Shown here: piece by piece, positions 16,267 through 25,997 of the stretch
Layout of the letters: the number at the start of each line of letters is the position of its first letter
How positions within the stretch are numbered: the stretch's first letter is position 1
NCBI GenBank assembly: GCA_039714855.1
Contig: JBDLIL010000002.1
Coordinates: 1 to 44,406, forward strand
Length of the DNA stretch: 44,406 nucleotides
Direction: 5' to 3'
From: Patescibacteria group bacterium
GTDB lineage: Bacteria > Patescibacteriota > Microgenomatia > UBA1400 > PJMF01
Made by a program: the position numbers and the translations under genes
The notes under the pieces: generated by a model
Databases searched by the model: none
What the model saw: only the letters and a program-made list of their open reading frames with translations
What the model was told of the DNA's origin: nothing

Positions 16267-17105
16267 AATCTGTTTCAATAATTATTCCTAGCTATAATGG
16301 CAAAAAATTACTAGAAAAACATTTGCCAGCTGTGACTGCTTGCATGCGAAAAGGTGATGAGTTGCTCATAATTGATGATGCTAGTAGTGATGACACTGTC
16401 CAATGGCTGAAAAATAAAAAAAACATAAAAGTTATTAGTAATAAGAAAAATTTAAGGTTTGCAGCTACCGTGAATAAAGCGGTGAAATTAGCAAAGCATG
16501 ACTTGGTTTTTTTAATTAACAATGACGTAGCGCCGCATAAAGATTGTTTAAAATATTTATTAACCCATTTTGATGACAAGAAAACTTTTGCTGTTGGTTG
16601 TCAAGAAATAGAAGAAGCGGGAATTCTAGGTGGCAAAAATAAGCTAGAGTTTAAAAGAGGCATTTTTGTTCATTCTCGTGCCAAAGAATTTAGTAGTGGT
16701 GAAACAGCTTGGGCTAGTGGGGGTAGTGCCATCTTCGATCGCAAGAAATGGCTAAAGCTAAAAGGCTTTGATTTGGATTATTATCCCGCTTACTGGGAAG
16801 ACATAGATTTATCTTTCCGAGCTCGAAGAAAAAACTGGAAAATATTTTTTGAATCCAAAGCCAAGGTTGATCACAAGCATGAAACTACAAATAAAATGGC
16901 ATTTGGAATAAGAAAGATGAGAATAATGTCAGTTAAAAACTCCCTAGTTTTTCTCTGGAAAAATGCTAGCTTTTTACAAAAGTTAATGCACTTGCTGTGG
17001 CTACCATATCATTTAACTGTGACAAACATGAAGATGCAAGGAATCTTTTTAGCAGGGTTTATAAGTTTTTTTCACAAAGCTGATCTTGAAAGTGGTAAAT
17101 TTTAA
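16263..17105 (+). CDS. GT2 glycosyltransferase
   Basis: ATGA overlap upstream. Motifs SIIIPSYNGKKLL, IIDDASSDDT, FLINNDV and YWEDIDLSFRA. Confidence 0.75.
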   Translation: MKSVSIIIPSYNGKKLLEKHLPAVTACMRKGDELLIIDDASSDDTVQWLKNKKNIKVISNKKNLRFAATVNKAVKLAKHDLVFLINNDVAPHKDCLKYLLTHFDDKKTFAVGCQEIEEAGILGGKNKLEFKRGIFVHSRAKEFSSGETAWASGGSAIFDRKKWLKLKGFDLDYYPAYWEDIDLSFRARRKNWKIFFESKAKVDHKHETTNKMAFGIRKMRIMSVKNSLVFLWKNASFLQKLMHLLWLPYHLTVTNMKMQGIFLAGFISFFHKADLESGKF

Positions 17106-18477
17106 AATTTGCTTGTTTGGCAATCAATTGTTTTTTTACGTTTAGCTTATCAAACCAATCTCCTTCCATCGCTATCAAATAAAAATCCCCAAAGTTTTCT
17201 TGACAGGTTTTCTGATAATCATATTTATTGATTAGCAGTATTGGTCTATCTAAATCTGCATAAAATATAAATGAAGTATAGTATTCTTCGTTACTGATAA
17301 ATACGTTGCGATCAGTAAGTAATTGGGGAGCAAGAATGGCAATATCAGAAACGCCATTGCTATTTTTAATAAATTCAAACCAATAAGAGTGTAAAAAATA
17401 AGAACTCATAATTATAATTCCCGTAATTAAAATAATTTTTGGCAAAAATTTACTGGAAAAAAACTCAATCAAAGTAAACAAAAATACTGAAATAATTAGT
17501 GACAGTGGAGCTAGAATAGGAATTAAGTGCCAAATTTCGGTTTTACTGGATATAAAATATGGAAAAGATGTTAGCAGTAAGTAGCCCAAAAGCTGCAAAT
17601 TATTCTTGTTTTTTGTAAAAAATGTCAAAATTGATAAGCCAACTGTGGAAATTAAAAACAATTTAAACCACTTATGACAAGCCGCGTGTAAATAATTCAA
17701 GGTTTTGTTTATGGTTTTTAGCCCGACACCATTGGATGATCCTTCTCTAAACCCAATTTCAAACAAGTTTCTTTTTAAAAATTTTGCTCCATATTGCCCA
17801 GTGTTTACCAAATACCAAGGTGACAATATAAGAACAAATAGGGCCGCACTCCTATAGATATCATGCTTGTTTATTTTTTTTTCTTGCAAAAGTTGCCAAC
17901 TAGGATATATGAGTAATGGTGCCAAAGTGAAAGAAATAAGAGACTTGGAAAGCAAGCTAAAGGCAAATGCAGCCCACAGCAAGTATAGATGTCTTTTGAA
18001 TTTAGGGTTTAAAACAAAGTAAAAAACTAGTATTTGAGAGCATGTGAGCAATATGTCCAAATTTCCAGTTCGGGCTCTAAATAAAAACCATCTAGAGGAT
18101 AGTAGTATGAGTGCTGAACTAAAGCCTACCCAATTGTTTTTGATTTTTTTGCCTGTTAAAAAAATCAAAACTATAGTCACTATTCCCAACGTTGCTTGGG
18201 AAAATCTAGCAGAAAAATCATTAATTCCAAAAATTAAAAAGGCCAAAGATTCAAAATAGAAGCCCAAAGGAGGGTGGTCCCAATAGGCAAAAGTATTAAA
18301 TTTTAGGTCAAAAATATTTTTTGACTCAATTATGTTTCTAGAAATACTTGCGTACCAAGCTTCATCCCATGGATGCAGTGATTGCTTGCCCAAATCATAA
18401 AAAACAAAAAATGCTGAGAAAACTATCAATATAGATACTATAAAACTAGTAATAATTTTTTTGTTTTCATCAGTCAT
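17059..18477 (-). CDS. GT-C membrane glycosyltransferase, ArnT/PMT_2 (GT39/GT83)-like
   Basis: First-loop motif HPWDEAWYASISRNI followed by WDHPPLGFY, about 12 transmembrane segments and a short C-terminal soluble domain. It is divergent from the four-gene array. Confidence 0.7.
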   Translation of the reverse strand: MTDENKKIITSFIVSILIVFSAFFVFYDLGKQSLHPWDEAWYASISRNIIESKNIFDLKFNTFAYWDHPPLGFYFESLAFLIFGINDFSARFSQATLGIVTIVLIFLTGKKIKNNWVGFSSALILLSSRWFLFRARTGNLDILLTCSQILVFYFVLNPKFKRHLYLLWAAFAFSLLSKSLISFTLAPLLIYPSWQLLQEKKINKHDIYRSAALFVLILSPWYLVNTGQYGAKFLKRNLFEIGFREGSSNGVGLKTINKTLNYLHAACHKWFKLFLISTVGLSILTFFTKNKNNLQLLGYLLLTSFPYFISSKTEIWHLIPILAPLSLIISVFLFTLIEFFSSKFLPKIILITGIIIMSSYFLHSYWFEFIKNSNGVSDIAILAPQLLTDRNVFISNEEYYTSFIFYADLDRPILLINKYDYQKTCQENFGDFYLIAMEGDWFDKLNVKKQLIAKQANFKIYHFQDQLCEKNL

Positions 18478-18504
18478 AGATTTCGTTCGGGCAAACTTTG
18501 TTGT

Positions 18505-20145
18505 ATGATTAAGCTTGTGTTAAATAAGATACTAGATCACAATAGCTATATAGCGAAAGTACTAGTTATTATTGTTTTAGCGATAATTCTCAGATTTTAC
18601 AAATTAGGAGCGCTTCCCCATGGTATGACTTGGGATGAAGCTGCTATCGGTTATAACGGATATGCAGTTTTAACTAAGAGGCGCGACGAGTGGCTGACTA
18701 GGTTTCCCGTTTCTTTTAAATCATTTGGAGACTATAAGGCTCCTTTGGCTATATATTTGAATGGACCATTTACCTACTTTTTAGGAATGAATTTACTAGC
18801 TGTTAGGTTGCCTTTTGCCCTATCTGGCATTGGAGCAATATTGGGACTAATTTTGCTTTCCAAGGAATTATTTTTATTAGTAGATGAAAATGAGAAAAAA
18901 GCTGAATTTTTTTCGATTGCCTCCGGATTTTTAATAACTTTATCTCCTTGGCATTTCCATTATTCTAGAGTTGGTTTTGAATCCGGCATGTCCTTGATGT
19001 TTGTGCTTTGGGGATTTTATTTCTTAATTAAGAGCTTAAGAAATAAGACTAAAAAACTATTATTTATGATTATTGCCTCTTCTTTGTTAGTTTTTTCCAT
19101 GTACACCTATCATAGTGCAAAGATTCTCGCACCTGTTTTGACTACAATCTTTTTGCTCTCTTTTTGGAAGTTGTTCAGGTCTCAGTTATCAGCAGTTTTA
19201 TTGTCATTTTTTTGGAGCTTGCTGCTTTTGTGGCCCATGCTAAGTGATATGTTAAAAACTAGTGATAGCCAGAGATTTGAACAAGCATCTATTTTTGGAC
19301 AAGATCTTAGCAAAAGTCAATTGATTTCGACATTAATTGCAAACACAGCCAATCATTTTAATTTAAACTTTTTGATATTTGGGGCAACTACCCATTTGAG
19401 GCACGGTGATGGCAAGTGGGGGATTTTATTTTCAACAACTTTAGTACTAATAATTACAAGCATAATATTTTTAATAAAAAATATTAAAAAAAATAAATAT
19501 TTTAAATTGTTTATTTTTTCTTTACTTTGGATAATTGTAGGTTTTATACCTGCTATTATTGGCAGAGATGTACCACACTCAAACAGAGCGCTGTTGGCGT
19601 TGCCTGGATTTTTATTATTAGCTTCGTTGGGAATTGTTGAACTTCTAGATTGGTTAAAGAAGCTGAATATTAATAAAAGAATAAAAGGCAGTCATGCTGA
19701 GAAGAATATTATTCTTAAAATTGTCATTGGTCTTTTCTTCATTATCCACACATTTTTATTTTTAAGTTTTTATAAAAATTATCATTCTAGTTTTGCCAGA
19801 AACTCAGCGAAAGATTTTAAAGATGGTTATTTAGAAGTTTTTGAGTATCTTATTCCTTACGAAAAGGGAAAAAATGGAAAGCAACAAGTAAATCAAATAG
19901 TTTTTTCAAACGAATATGGCCAAGCCTACATTTATGCCTTATTCTCTAGAAAAACTGATCCGATTTGGTATCAAGGGGGATCTCTTAATCGCTATCTTTT
20001 TGTCGATGAGGTTAAAGTTGGAGATTTGGCCAGAGACAATTCTATTGTCGTAGCTACAGGAGAAGATTTAGTTGAAATAGCAGCTGATAAGTATATTTTG
20101 GGTAGTGATGGCTCTGTTAGATTCCGAATTTATCACACAAAATGA
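18505..20145 (+). CDS. GT-C membrane glycosyltransferase, ArnT/PMT-like; tandem paralogue 1 of 4
   Basis: RFYKLGALPHGMTWDEAAIGYNGYAV, SFGDYKAPL, SPWHFHYSRVGFE, YTYHSAKILAP, HLRHGDG and VPHSNRAL motifs, plus a C-terminal soluble domain. Confidence 0.72.
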   Translation: MIKLVLNKILDHNSYIAKVLVIIVLAIILRFYKLGALPHGMTWDEAAIGYNGYAVLTKRRDEWLTRFPVSFKSFGDYKAPLAIYLNGPFTYFLGMNLLAVRLPFALSGIGAILGLILLSKELFLLVDENEKKAEFFSIASGFLITLSPWHFHYSRVGFESGMSLMFVLWGFYFLIKSLRNKTKKLLFMIIASSLLVFSMYTYHSAKILAPVLTTIFLLSFWKLFRSQLSAVLLSFFWSLLLLWPMLSDMLKTSDSQRFEQASIFGQDLSKSQLISTLIANTANHFNLNFLIFGATTHLRHGDGKWGILFSTTLVLIITSIIFLIKNIKKNKYFKLFIFSLLWIIVGFIPAIIGRDVPHSNRALLALPGFLLLASLGIVELLDWLKKLNINKRIKGSHAEKNIILKIVIGLFFIIHTFLFLSFYKNYHSSFARNSAKDFKDGYLEVFEYLIPYEKGKNGKQQVNQIVFSNEYGQAYIYALFSRKTDPIWYQGGSLNRYLFVDEVKVGDLARDNSIVVATGEDLVEIAADKYILGSDGSVRFRIYHTK

Positions 20146-20163
20146 AATTTTATATTGCAATAA

Positions 20164-21879
20164 ATGTTGAATAAATTTTTATACAGACATAAAACAAAAT
20201 TTCTAATTATAGTTTTGCTTTCATTAGCGATCTTTTTAAGATTCTATAAGCAAGATTCTTTGCCGCCATCTTTATATTGGGAAGAGGTAGCTCTGGGCTA
20301 CGATGCTTACTCCATTTTAGAAACAGGAAGAGATCATCATGGAAATTTATTTCCAATAGTAGCCTTCGAATCCTTTGGAGATTGGAAACCATCGCTTTAT
20401 TTTTATGCCATTATTCCCTTCATTTCCAGATTGGGTTTAAGTGATTTAGCAGTAAGATTGCCTTCAATAATTAGTGGAATTTTTATAGTTATTGGAACAG
20501 GAGTCTTGGTCTACCAAATTTCAAATAAAAAAAGGGCAGGCAAGCTTCTTTTGTTGGCGATGCTTCTTACAAGCATTAGCCCTTGGGCTATTCAATTTTC
20601 TCGAGCTGCTTGGGAGGTAAATTTAGCTACGGCTCTTATTTTATGGGGAGTGATTTTGTTTATTAAATTAATTAACTCCAAGCGATCTGTCATGCAATGG
20701 AGCTTGCTTTTTGGCTCAATATTGCTATTGAGTCTATCTATGTATGCTTATCATGCCGCTAGAATAATTGCTCCTTTATTGGGTCTTGCTTTGGTAGTTT
20801 TATGGCTGGCTGAAAAAACTTATTCAAATATAAAAAACAACTTATTTCAAATTATAGCCGCTGTCCTCCTATCATTGCTTTTAATTTCTCCCCTCATCAA
20901 TGGCTTAAGGCAAAGCAAAACTACTCAAAGATTTAAAGAGACTAGTATTTTTTATAATCTAGACATTATTGAAGAGAGCAATGCCAGAATAGAAACTAAT
21001 AATTTTAGTTTAATTTCCAAGGTTTTTTATCATCGCTATGTTTTGTTTTCCAGAGAAATATTAAAGAATATTTTTTCATACTTTGATATCGATTTTCTAT
21101 TTATTAGTGGAGATCAAAATCCCAGACATTCATCTCAGTATTTTGGAACTTTTTATCACATTGAGTTTATATTTTTACTATTCGGAGCTTACTATCTTTT
21201 TAAAAATTGGAATAAATATCATGCTTTTTTAATATTTTGGCTATTTATTGGATTGATTCCAGCTAGTATTAGTAAGACTAATCCTCATGCTCTTAGGATT
21301 TTGCCTACTCTACCAGTATGGATTTTAATAATTTCCTTGGGCACAAATCAGCTACTTATAGGTTTTGGGCAATTATTTTTAAACAAAAATATCAAAAAAT
21401 ATGCTTTAACAATTTTTATCTTAATAATTTCTTTAACTTATCTATTTGAATTCTTGGCCTTTTGGCAATATTACAGCAATGTTTATCCAAAGCAGTGGGG
21501 AAGCGAATGGCAATATGGATATAAGGAGCTAGTAAGTGAAATTTCTTCTTTGACTAAAAATTCAGAAAACAAACAAGTATATATAACTCGCGAACAAGGT
21601 CGACCAGCAATGTATTATTGGTTTTACTCGAGCACTAATCCTGCTTTAGTACAAAATTGGCAGTTGCATGCAAAAAAAGATCAAGGGGAATTTTTAGAAT
21701 TTGAAAACATTAAGTTTGAAAACCCACCTGAACAATCAGATGAGCCTATGATTATAGCCTCAAGTCTAATTTTTCAAGAAAATTACTGTGAAAAAATACA
21801 AAATAACACATGCAAAATTAAAAATGAAATTCTCGGTTTAGATGGCAAAACTATTTGGATAATTTATGAACTTAACTAA
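20164..21879 (+). CDS. GT-C membrane glycosyltransferase, ArnT/PMT-like; tandem paralogue 2 of 4
   Basis: RFYKQDSLPPSLYWEEVALGYDAYS, SFGDWKPSL, SPWAIQFSRAAWE, YAYHAARIIAP, GDQNPRHS and NPHALRIL motifs. Confidence 0.72.
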   Translation: MLNKFLYRHKTKFLIIVLLSLAIFLRFYKQDSLPPSLYWEEVALGYDAYSILETGRDHHGNLFPIVAFESFGDWKPSLYFYAIIPFISRLGLSDLAVRLPSIISGIFIVIGTGVLVYQISNKKRAGKLLLLAMLLTSISPWAIQFSRAAWEVNLATALILWGVILFIKLINSKRSVMQWSLLFGSILLLSLSMYAYHAARIIAPLLGLALVVLWLAEKTYSNIKNNLFQIIAAVLLSLLLISPLINGLRQSKTTQRFKETSIFYNLDIIEESNARIETNNFSLISKVFYHRYVLFSREILKNIFSYFDIDFLFISGDQNPRHSSQYFGTFYHIEFIFLLFGAYYLFKNWNKYHAFLIFWLFIGLIPASISKTNPHALRILPTLPVWILIISLGTNQLLIGFGQLFLNKNIKKYALTIFILIISLTYLFEFLAFWQYYSNVYPKQWGSEWQYGYKELVSEISSLTKNSENKQVYITREQGRPAMYYWFYSSTNPALVQNWQLHAKKDQGEFLEFENIKFENPPEQSDEPMIIASSLIFQENYCEKIQNNTCKIKNEILGLDGKTIWIIYELN

Positions 21880-23542
21880 GAAAAAATATTTTATTTGTTT
21901 TTTGATAATTATGTTTTTGGCTTTTTTGTTGCGTTTCTATAAATTAGGACAAGTGCCAGTCTCACTATATTGGGATGAAGCGGCTATTTTAATTGACGCC
22001 AAAACGGTTGCTCAAACAGGCTTAGACATGCATAGTAGACCCTGGTTTCAATTGCTTTATCCCTCTTATGGAGATTTTAAACTTCCAGTATATATTTGGC
22101 TCAGCTCTATTTCAATCAAATTATTTTCTGTGGGTGAATGGCAATTGAGATTGACAAGTGCCCTAGCTGGAATGGGGAGTATTTTATTTGCTGGTTTAAT
22201 AGCGAAAGAGCTCTCAAATTCAGAGTCAGAGGCTAGGAATTTTAGCTTGGCAACAATGTTAGTAGTTACAATTAGCCCATGGGCAATTATGTTTTCTCGC
22301 ACGGGGTTTGAGGGTCATTTGGCTCAATTTTTTGTAGCTGTTTCAATATATTTTTTATTGCTTTCTAAACGATTGGATAAATATTTAATCTTGATAACAG
22401 CCGTATTATTCGGATCGTTGGCTACTTATACATATTTTTCGGTTCGTTTTGTATGGCCAGCAGTTTTCTTAATATTTCAAGTTTTATTAGGTAGCAAAAT
22501 CAAGATTGATAATAATTTGCAAATATTTTGTTTTTTCCGATGGGTGATTGCTAAGTTACTGTTACCAATTCTTTTGTTTTTTATTTTATTGATTCCCATG
22601 TTTAAATCCCCTTTTTATAAGACCAGTAATCAATATAGATATAGTGCAGATTCTGTATTAAATTGCTGCGAATATGCTTTAGATTCTAATAAATTAAGAG
22701 AGCTAGCTAGCAATAATTTTTTTGACAGATTAATTTTTCATCGACACTTGCTTTTGCTAAAAGAATTAGCTAAAAATTATTCGGATAATTTGTCAGCCAA
22801 CTTTTTGTTTTTAAATGGAGATCCTAATTTACGCCACGGAACTGGTGAGCATGGCTTGTTTTTATTACCACTGTCATTAGCCTTGATTTCAGGATTTTAT
22901 TATTTAGCAAAAAAAGATTGGAAGGTTTTATTTTTTCTGTTGGGATGGTGGTTCGCAGCCTTGCTACCTGCCTCAGTTCCAGAAACAACACCTCATGCGC
23001 TCCGATCTTTAAATGCTTTGCTTCCTATTTCATTAATTATGGGTTTTGGATTAGCTAAAATCATCAAAAATTATTTTTTCAAAAAAACTAAATTTATTAT
23101 TTTTAGTTATTTTTTACTAATAGGTATTAGCTTTGTAAATTTTTCTTATCACTATTTTGTTTATTATCCAAAAGATAGTGCCAGAGATTGGCAAGATGCT
23201 TATAAAGAAATTGCAATGCTTATAGAAGAAAAAAAAGATAACGTAGATATTCTATTAGTGGAACCAAATCACAATAGATTATTTATATGGTATTTGGCAT
23301 ACGTAGTTGATGCTGAAATTATTCAGTCTCTACCAAGCAAAAATTTTAAATTTGAACAGATCGAAAGCATTTATTTTACTGACAATGATTGGAGTAAACA
23401 TCTGAGTTCAGCTAAAAAAATAATTTTAGTGGGTGAAAAAAAATATATTGAAAATCAACTAAGCGAAATTGAAAGAATTCCTATCCAAAATATTGAGATT
23501 AATAATTATGCTAGTACAAATTTTATCTTAGTCGAATTATGA
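21866..23542 (+). CDS. GT-C membrane glycosyltransferase, ArnT/PMT-like; tandem paralogue 3 of 4
   Basis: RFYKLGQVPVSLYWDEAAILIDA, SYGDFKLPV, SPWAIMFSRTGFE, GDPNLRHGTG and TPHALRSL motifs. It overlaps paralogue 2 by 14 nt. Confidence 0.72.
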   Translation: MNLTKKKYFICFLIIMFLAFLLRFYKLGQVPVSLYWDEAAILIDAKTVAQTGLDMHSRPWFQLLYPSYGDFKLPVYIWLSSISIKLFSVGEWQLRLTSALAGMGSILFAGLIAKELSNSESEARNFSLATMLVVTISPWAIMFSRTGFEGHLAQFFVAVSIYFLLLSKRLDKYLILITAVLFGSLATYTYFSVRFVWPAVFLIFQVLLGSKIKIDNNLQIFCFFRWVIAKLLLPILLFFILLIPMFKSPFYKTSNQYRYSADSVLNCCEYALDSNKLRELASNNFFDRLIFHRHLLLLKELAKNYSDNLSANFLFLNGDPNLRHGTGEHGLFLLPLSLALISGFYYLAKKDWKVLFFLLGWWFAALLPASVPETTPHALRSLNALLPISLIMGFGLAKIIKNYFFKKTKFIIFSYFLLIGISFVNFSYHYFVYYPKDSARDWQDAYKEIAMLIEEKKDNVDILLVEPNHNRLFIWYLAYVVDAEIIQSLPSKNFKFEQIESIYFTDNDWSKHLSSAKKIILVGEKKYIENQLSEIERIPIQNIEINNYASTNFILVEL

Positions 23543-25155
23543 AAACGAAAATAATCTTGCTGTTAATAATTTTGCTGGGTCTAGTTTTAAGATTTTACAA
23601 ACTATCTTCTTTGCCTGCTATTTTGAATAGAGATGAAGCAGCAATTGCATTTAATGCTCACTTATTAAATCAAGTACAAAAAGATGAATGGGGAAAATCA
23701 TGGCCGGTAATCCTTGAATCTTTTGGGGATTACAAACTTCCTGGATATCCGTATTTCACTGCCGCAGTGTTTAATCTTGCTCCTGCCAATGACTTATCTG
23801 TTAGATTAGGATCATTTTTGGCAGGCGTAATTCTTATATTGGTGGCTTTTCAAATAGCTCAGCATTCAGAGCTGCTTCATCGTCAATCACTGCACTTTGC
23901 TTTATTGATTGCAATTTCTCCGGTATTTTTTTTCTATTCCAGAATAGCTTTTGAGGCTAATTTTGCACTCATGCTTTTTGTTGCTAGTTTGTTTTTCTTG
24001 CTTTTCATCGAAGCTAGCAAAACTAAGAGGCTGTTTTTTGATGTTTTAGCGATTTTATTATTACTCTTAGCTGTATTTACATATAATAGCCCTTTTCTTT
24101 TGCTTCCATTCGTAATTCTTGTGATACCAGTGGTAAGAGGTATGAAAAAATGGCGAAAATGGACTCTTCCTGTCCTCGGACTTCTGGTGGTTTTTGTCAC
24201 ATCTTTGATAGTTTTTGTACCACTAACATCACAAAAAAGTGGAGTAACAATCTTTTCTGATGAAACTACTTGGACTAATTTGATTCAACATAGACAACAA
24301 TATTCAGGAATCGCGCAAAATATTTTGGGGAATAAATATTTATTTTATAGTCAAATAATTTTTAAAAACTTTATTAGTAGTTTTTCAACGGAATTTTTGG
24401 TCACAAAGGGCAGCGCTCATCCATGGCACTCTTTAAATAATTTTGGACACATGCATTGGGGTGTTTATCTTTTTGGATTATTGGGAATTATTTGGTCACT
24501 AGTAGAAACGAGCAACTGGTTTATGCATAAGTTTATTTACAATAAAAAACATAAAAAAATAAACAAGAGGAGAAGTAAATCAATTAAGCAAGAGCTTTTA
24601 TTATTATATTTGCTTTTCGCTTCCTTGTTTCCAGCTAGTGTTACTGTTGATGCTCCTCATGCTACCAGAAGCTTGCTATTCTTTTTTATTTTTACTTTAT
24701 TTGCTGTCATTGCCATTGAAGATCTTTATCATTTAGAATTTTTTAAAAAATTTGATAAAAAACATTTACTTACTTGGTTTTTTGTTTTTATAAGCATATT
24801 TGAAAGTTCGCATTATTTTTATAATTATTTTACAAATTATCCCAATAAGCAGCCAGAATCTTTGGGAGTTACTTTTGATAAAACAATTCAAAATTTGGAT
24901 AAAAAATATTTAAATCAAAAAATAGCCATAGTAGATCCCGATGGTTACCAGTATATTCTTACATCTTGGTACTTGAAGTTGGCTCCTCAAGTTTATTTTG
25001 ATACCGTAGTGAGACAATTACCAGATCTAATCGGTTTTAGATATGGGGAACAAGTAAAAAACTACCACTTTATTGCAGACAGAGAAGACAGATCAGAAGA
25101 TGAAAGAATCTTGGTAGAATGGAATGGCAATGAGTGGTTAGTAACGGAGTATTAA
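23539..25155 (+). CDS. GT-C membrane glycosyltransferase, ArnT/PMT-like; tandem paralogue 4 of 4 (most divergent)
   Basis: ATGA overlap upstream. RFYKLSSLPAILNRDEAAIAFNA, SFGDYKLPG, SPVFFFYSRIAFE and APHATRSL motifs. The Trp before DE and the GD-x-N-x-RH motif are lost. Confidence 0.68.
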   Translation: MKTKIILLLIILLGLVLRFYKLSSLPAILNRDEAAIAFNAHLLNQVQKDEWGKSWPVILESFGDYKLPGYPYFTAAVFNLAPANDLSVRLGSFLAGVILILVAFQIAQHSELLHRQSLHFALLIAISPVFFFYSRIAFEANFALMLFVASLFFLLFIEASKTKRLFFDVLAILLLLLAVFTYNSPFLLLPFVILVIPVVRGMKKWRKWTLPVLGLLVVFVTSLIVFVPLTSQKSGVTIFSDETTWTNLIQHRQQYSGIAQNILGNKYLFYSQIIFKNFISSFSTEFLVTKGSAHPWHSLNNFGHMHWGVYLFGLLGIIWSLVETSNWFMHKFIYNKKHKKINKRRSKSIKQELLLLYLLFASLFPASVTVDAPHATRSLLFFFIFTLFAVIAIEDLYHLEFFKKFDKKHLLTWFFVFISIFESSHYFYNYFTNYPNKQPESLGVTFDKTIQNLDKKYLNQKIAIVDPDGYQYILTSWYLKLAPQVYFDTVVRQLPDLIGFRYGEQVKNYHFIADREDRSEDERILVEWNGNEWLVTEY

Positions 25156-25180
25156 TCTATTACAATATTGGTATAGCAAT

Positions 25181-25993
25181 ATGATCAGTGTAGTTCTTGC
25201 CACCCACAATGAAGAAAAAAATCTTAGCAGATGTTTGGAGTCTGTAAGGGCTTTTGCTGATGAAATTATTGTAGTTGATGGTGAATCTAGTGACGATACC
25301 GTTAAAATCGCTAAAAAATTTAAATCAAAACTTATTAAAACCACTAATAAGGCCAATTTTCATATTAATAAACAAATGGGAATGGATAGAGCTAGAGGTA
25401 AATTAATTTTGCAACTAGATGCTGATGAAGTAGTAGATGAAGCACTCAAGAATTTCATTCTTGAGTTAAACAATAAATTAGAAGCTTCAAGCTATAAACA
25501 AATTTTGAATTTTAAAATCTCAAGTTCAGAGCTTCCTGTTGCTTGGTGGATTAAGCGCAAAAATCTATTTCTTGGCAGATGGCTTAAAAAAGGTGGCCAA
25601 TATCCTGATCCTGTTATTAGACTTTATATTAATGGCTATGCAAAGTTGCCAAAAAAAGACGTCCACGAACAAATGAAGGTAAATGGCAAGGTTTCTTGGG
25701 CAAAAGGCCATCTGCTTCATTATTCGAACCCAGAATTTAAAGATTACATGGAGAAATTTAATCGTTACACGAGTTTTAAAGCCCAGCAGCTAGAAACAAA
25801 AAAAGTAAAAGTTAATATGAAAAACAGTTTTTTATATTTAATCTGGATGCCACTCAGCACTTTTTTTAGCTTGTTTATTCGACACAAGGGCTTTATTGAT
25901 AGGGTGGCGGGCTTTGTGTTTGCGCTTTTTAGCGGATTGCATCACGCAGTGGCTTATTTAAAACTTTGGGAAATGTCCCGCAAAGCGGGATAA
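25181..25993 (+). CDS. GT2 glycosyltransferase, WaaE/KdtX-like subfamily
   Basis: ISVVLATHNEEKNL, IIVVDGESSDDT and LILQLDADEVV motifs. Same architecture as 12479-13384 and 14339-15160. Confidence 0.72.
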   Translation: MISVVLATHNEEKNLSRCLESVRAFADEIIVVDGESSDDTVKIAKKFKSKLIKTTNKANFHINKQMGMDRARGKLILQLDADEVVDEALKNFILELNNKLEASSYKQILNFKISSSELPVAWWIKRKNLFLGRWLKKGGQYPDPVIRLYINGYAKLPKKDVHEQMKVNGKVSWAKGHLLHYSNPEFKDYMEKFNRYTSFKAQQLETKKVKVNMKNSFLYLIWMPLSTFFSLFIRHKGFIDRVAGFVFALFSGLHHAVAYLKLWEMSRKAG

Positions 25994-25997
25994 AATA

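Noticed and set aside
18505-25155. The four GT-C genes as a recent tandem duplication or an assembly artefact.
   Set aside because: The nucleotide sequences around even the most conserved motifs differ at many positions. For example, the FGD[YWF]K-encoding stretches at about 18721, 20374, 22067 and 23720 differ from one another. Protein lengths and C-terminal domains also differ. The copies are therefore old and individually maintained.
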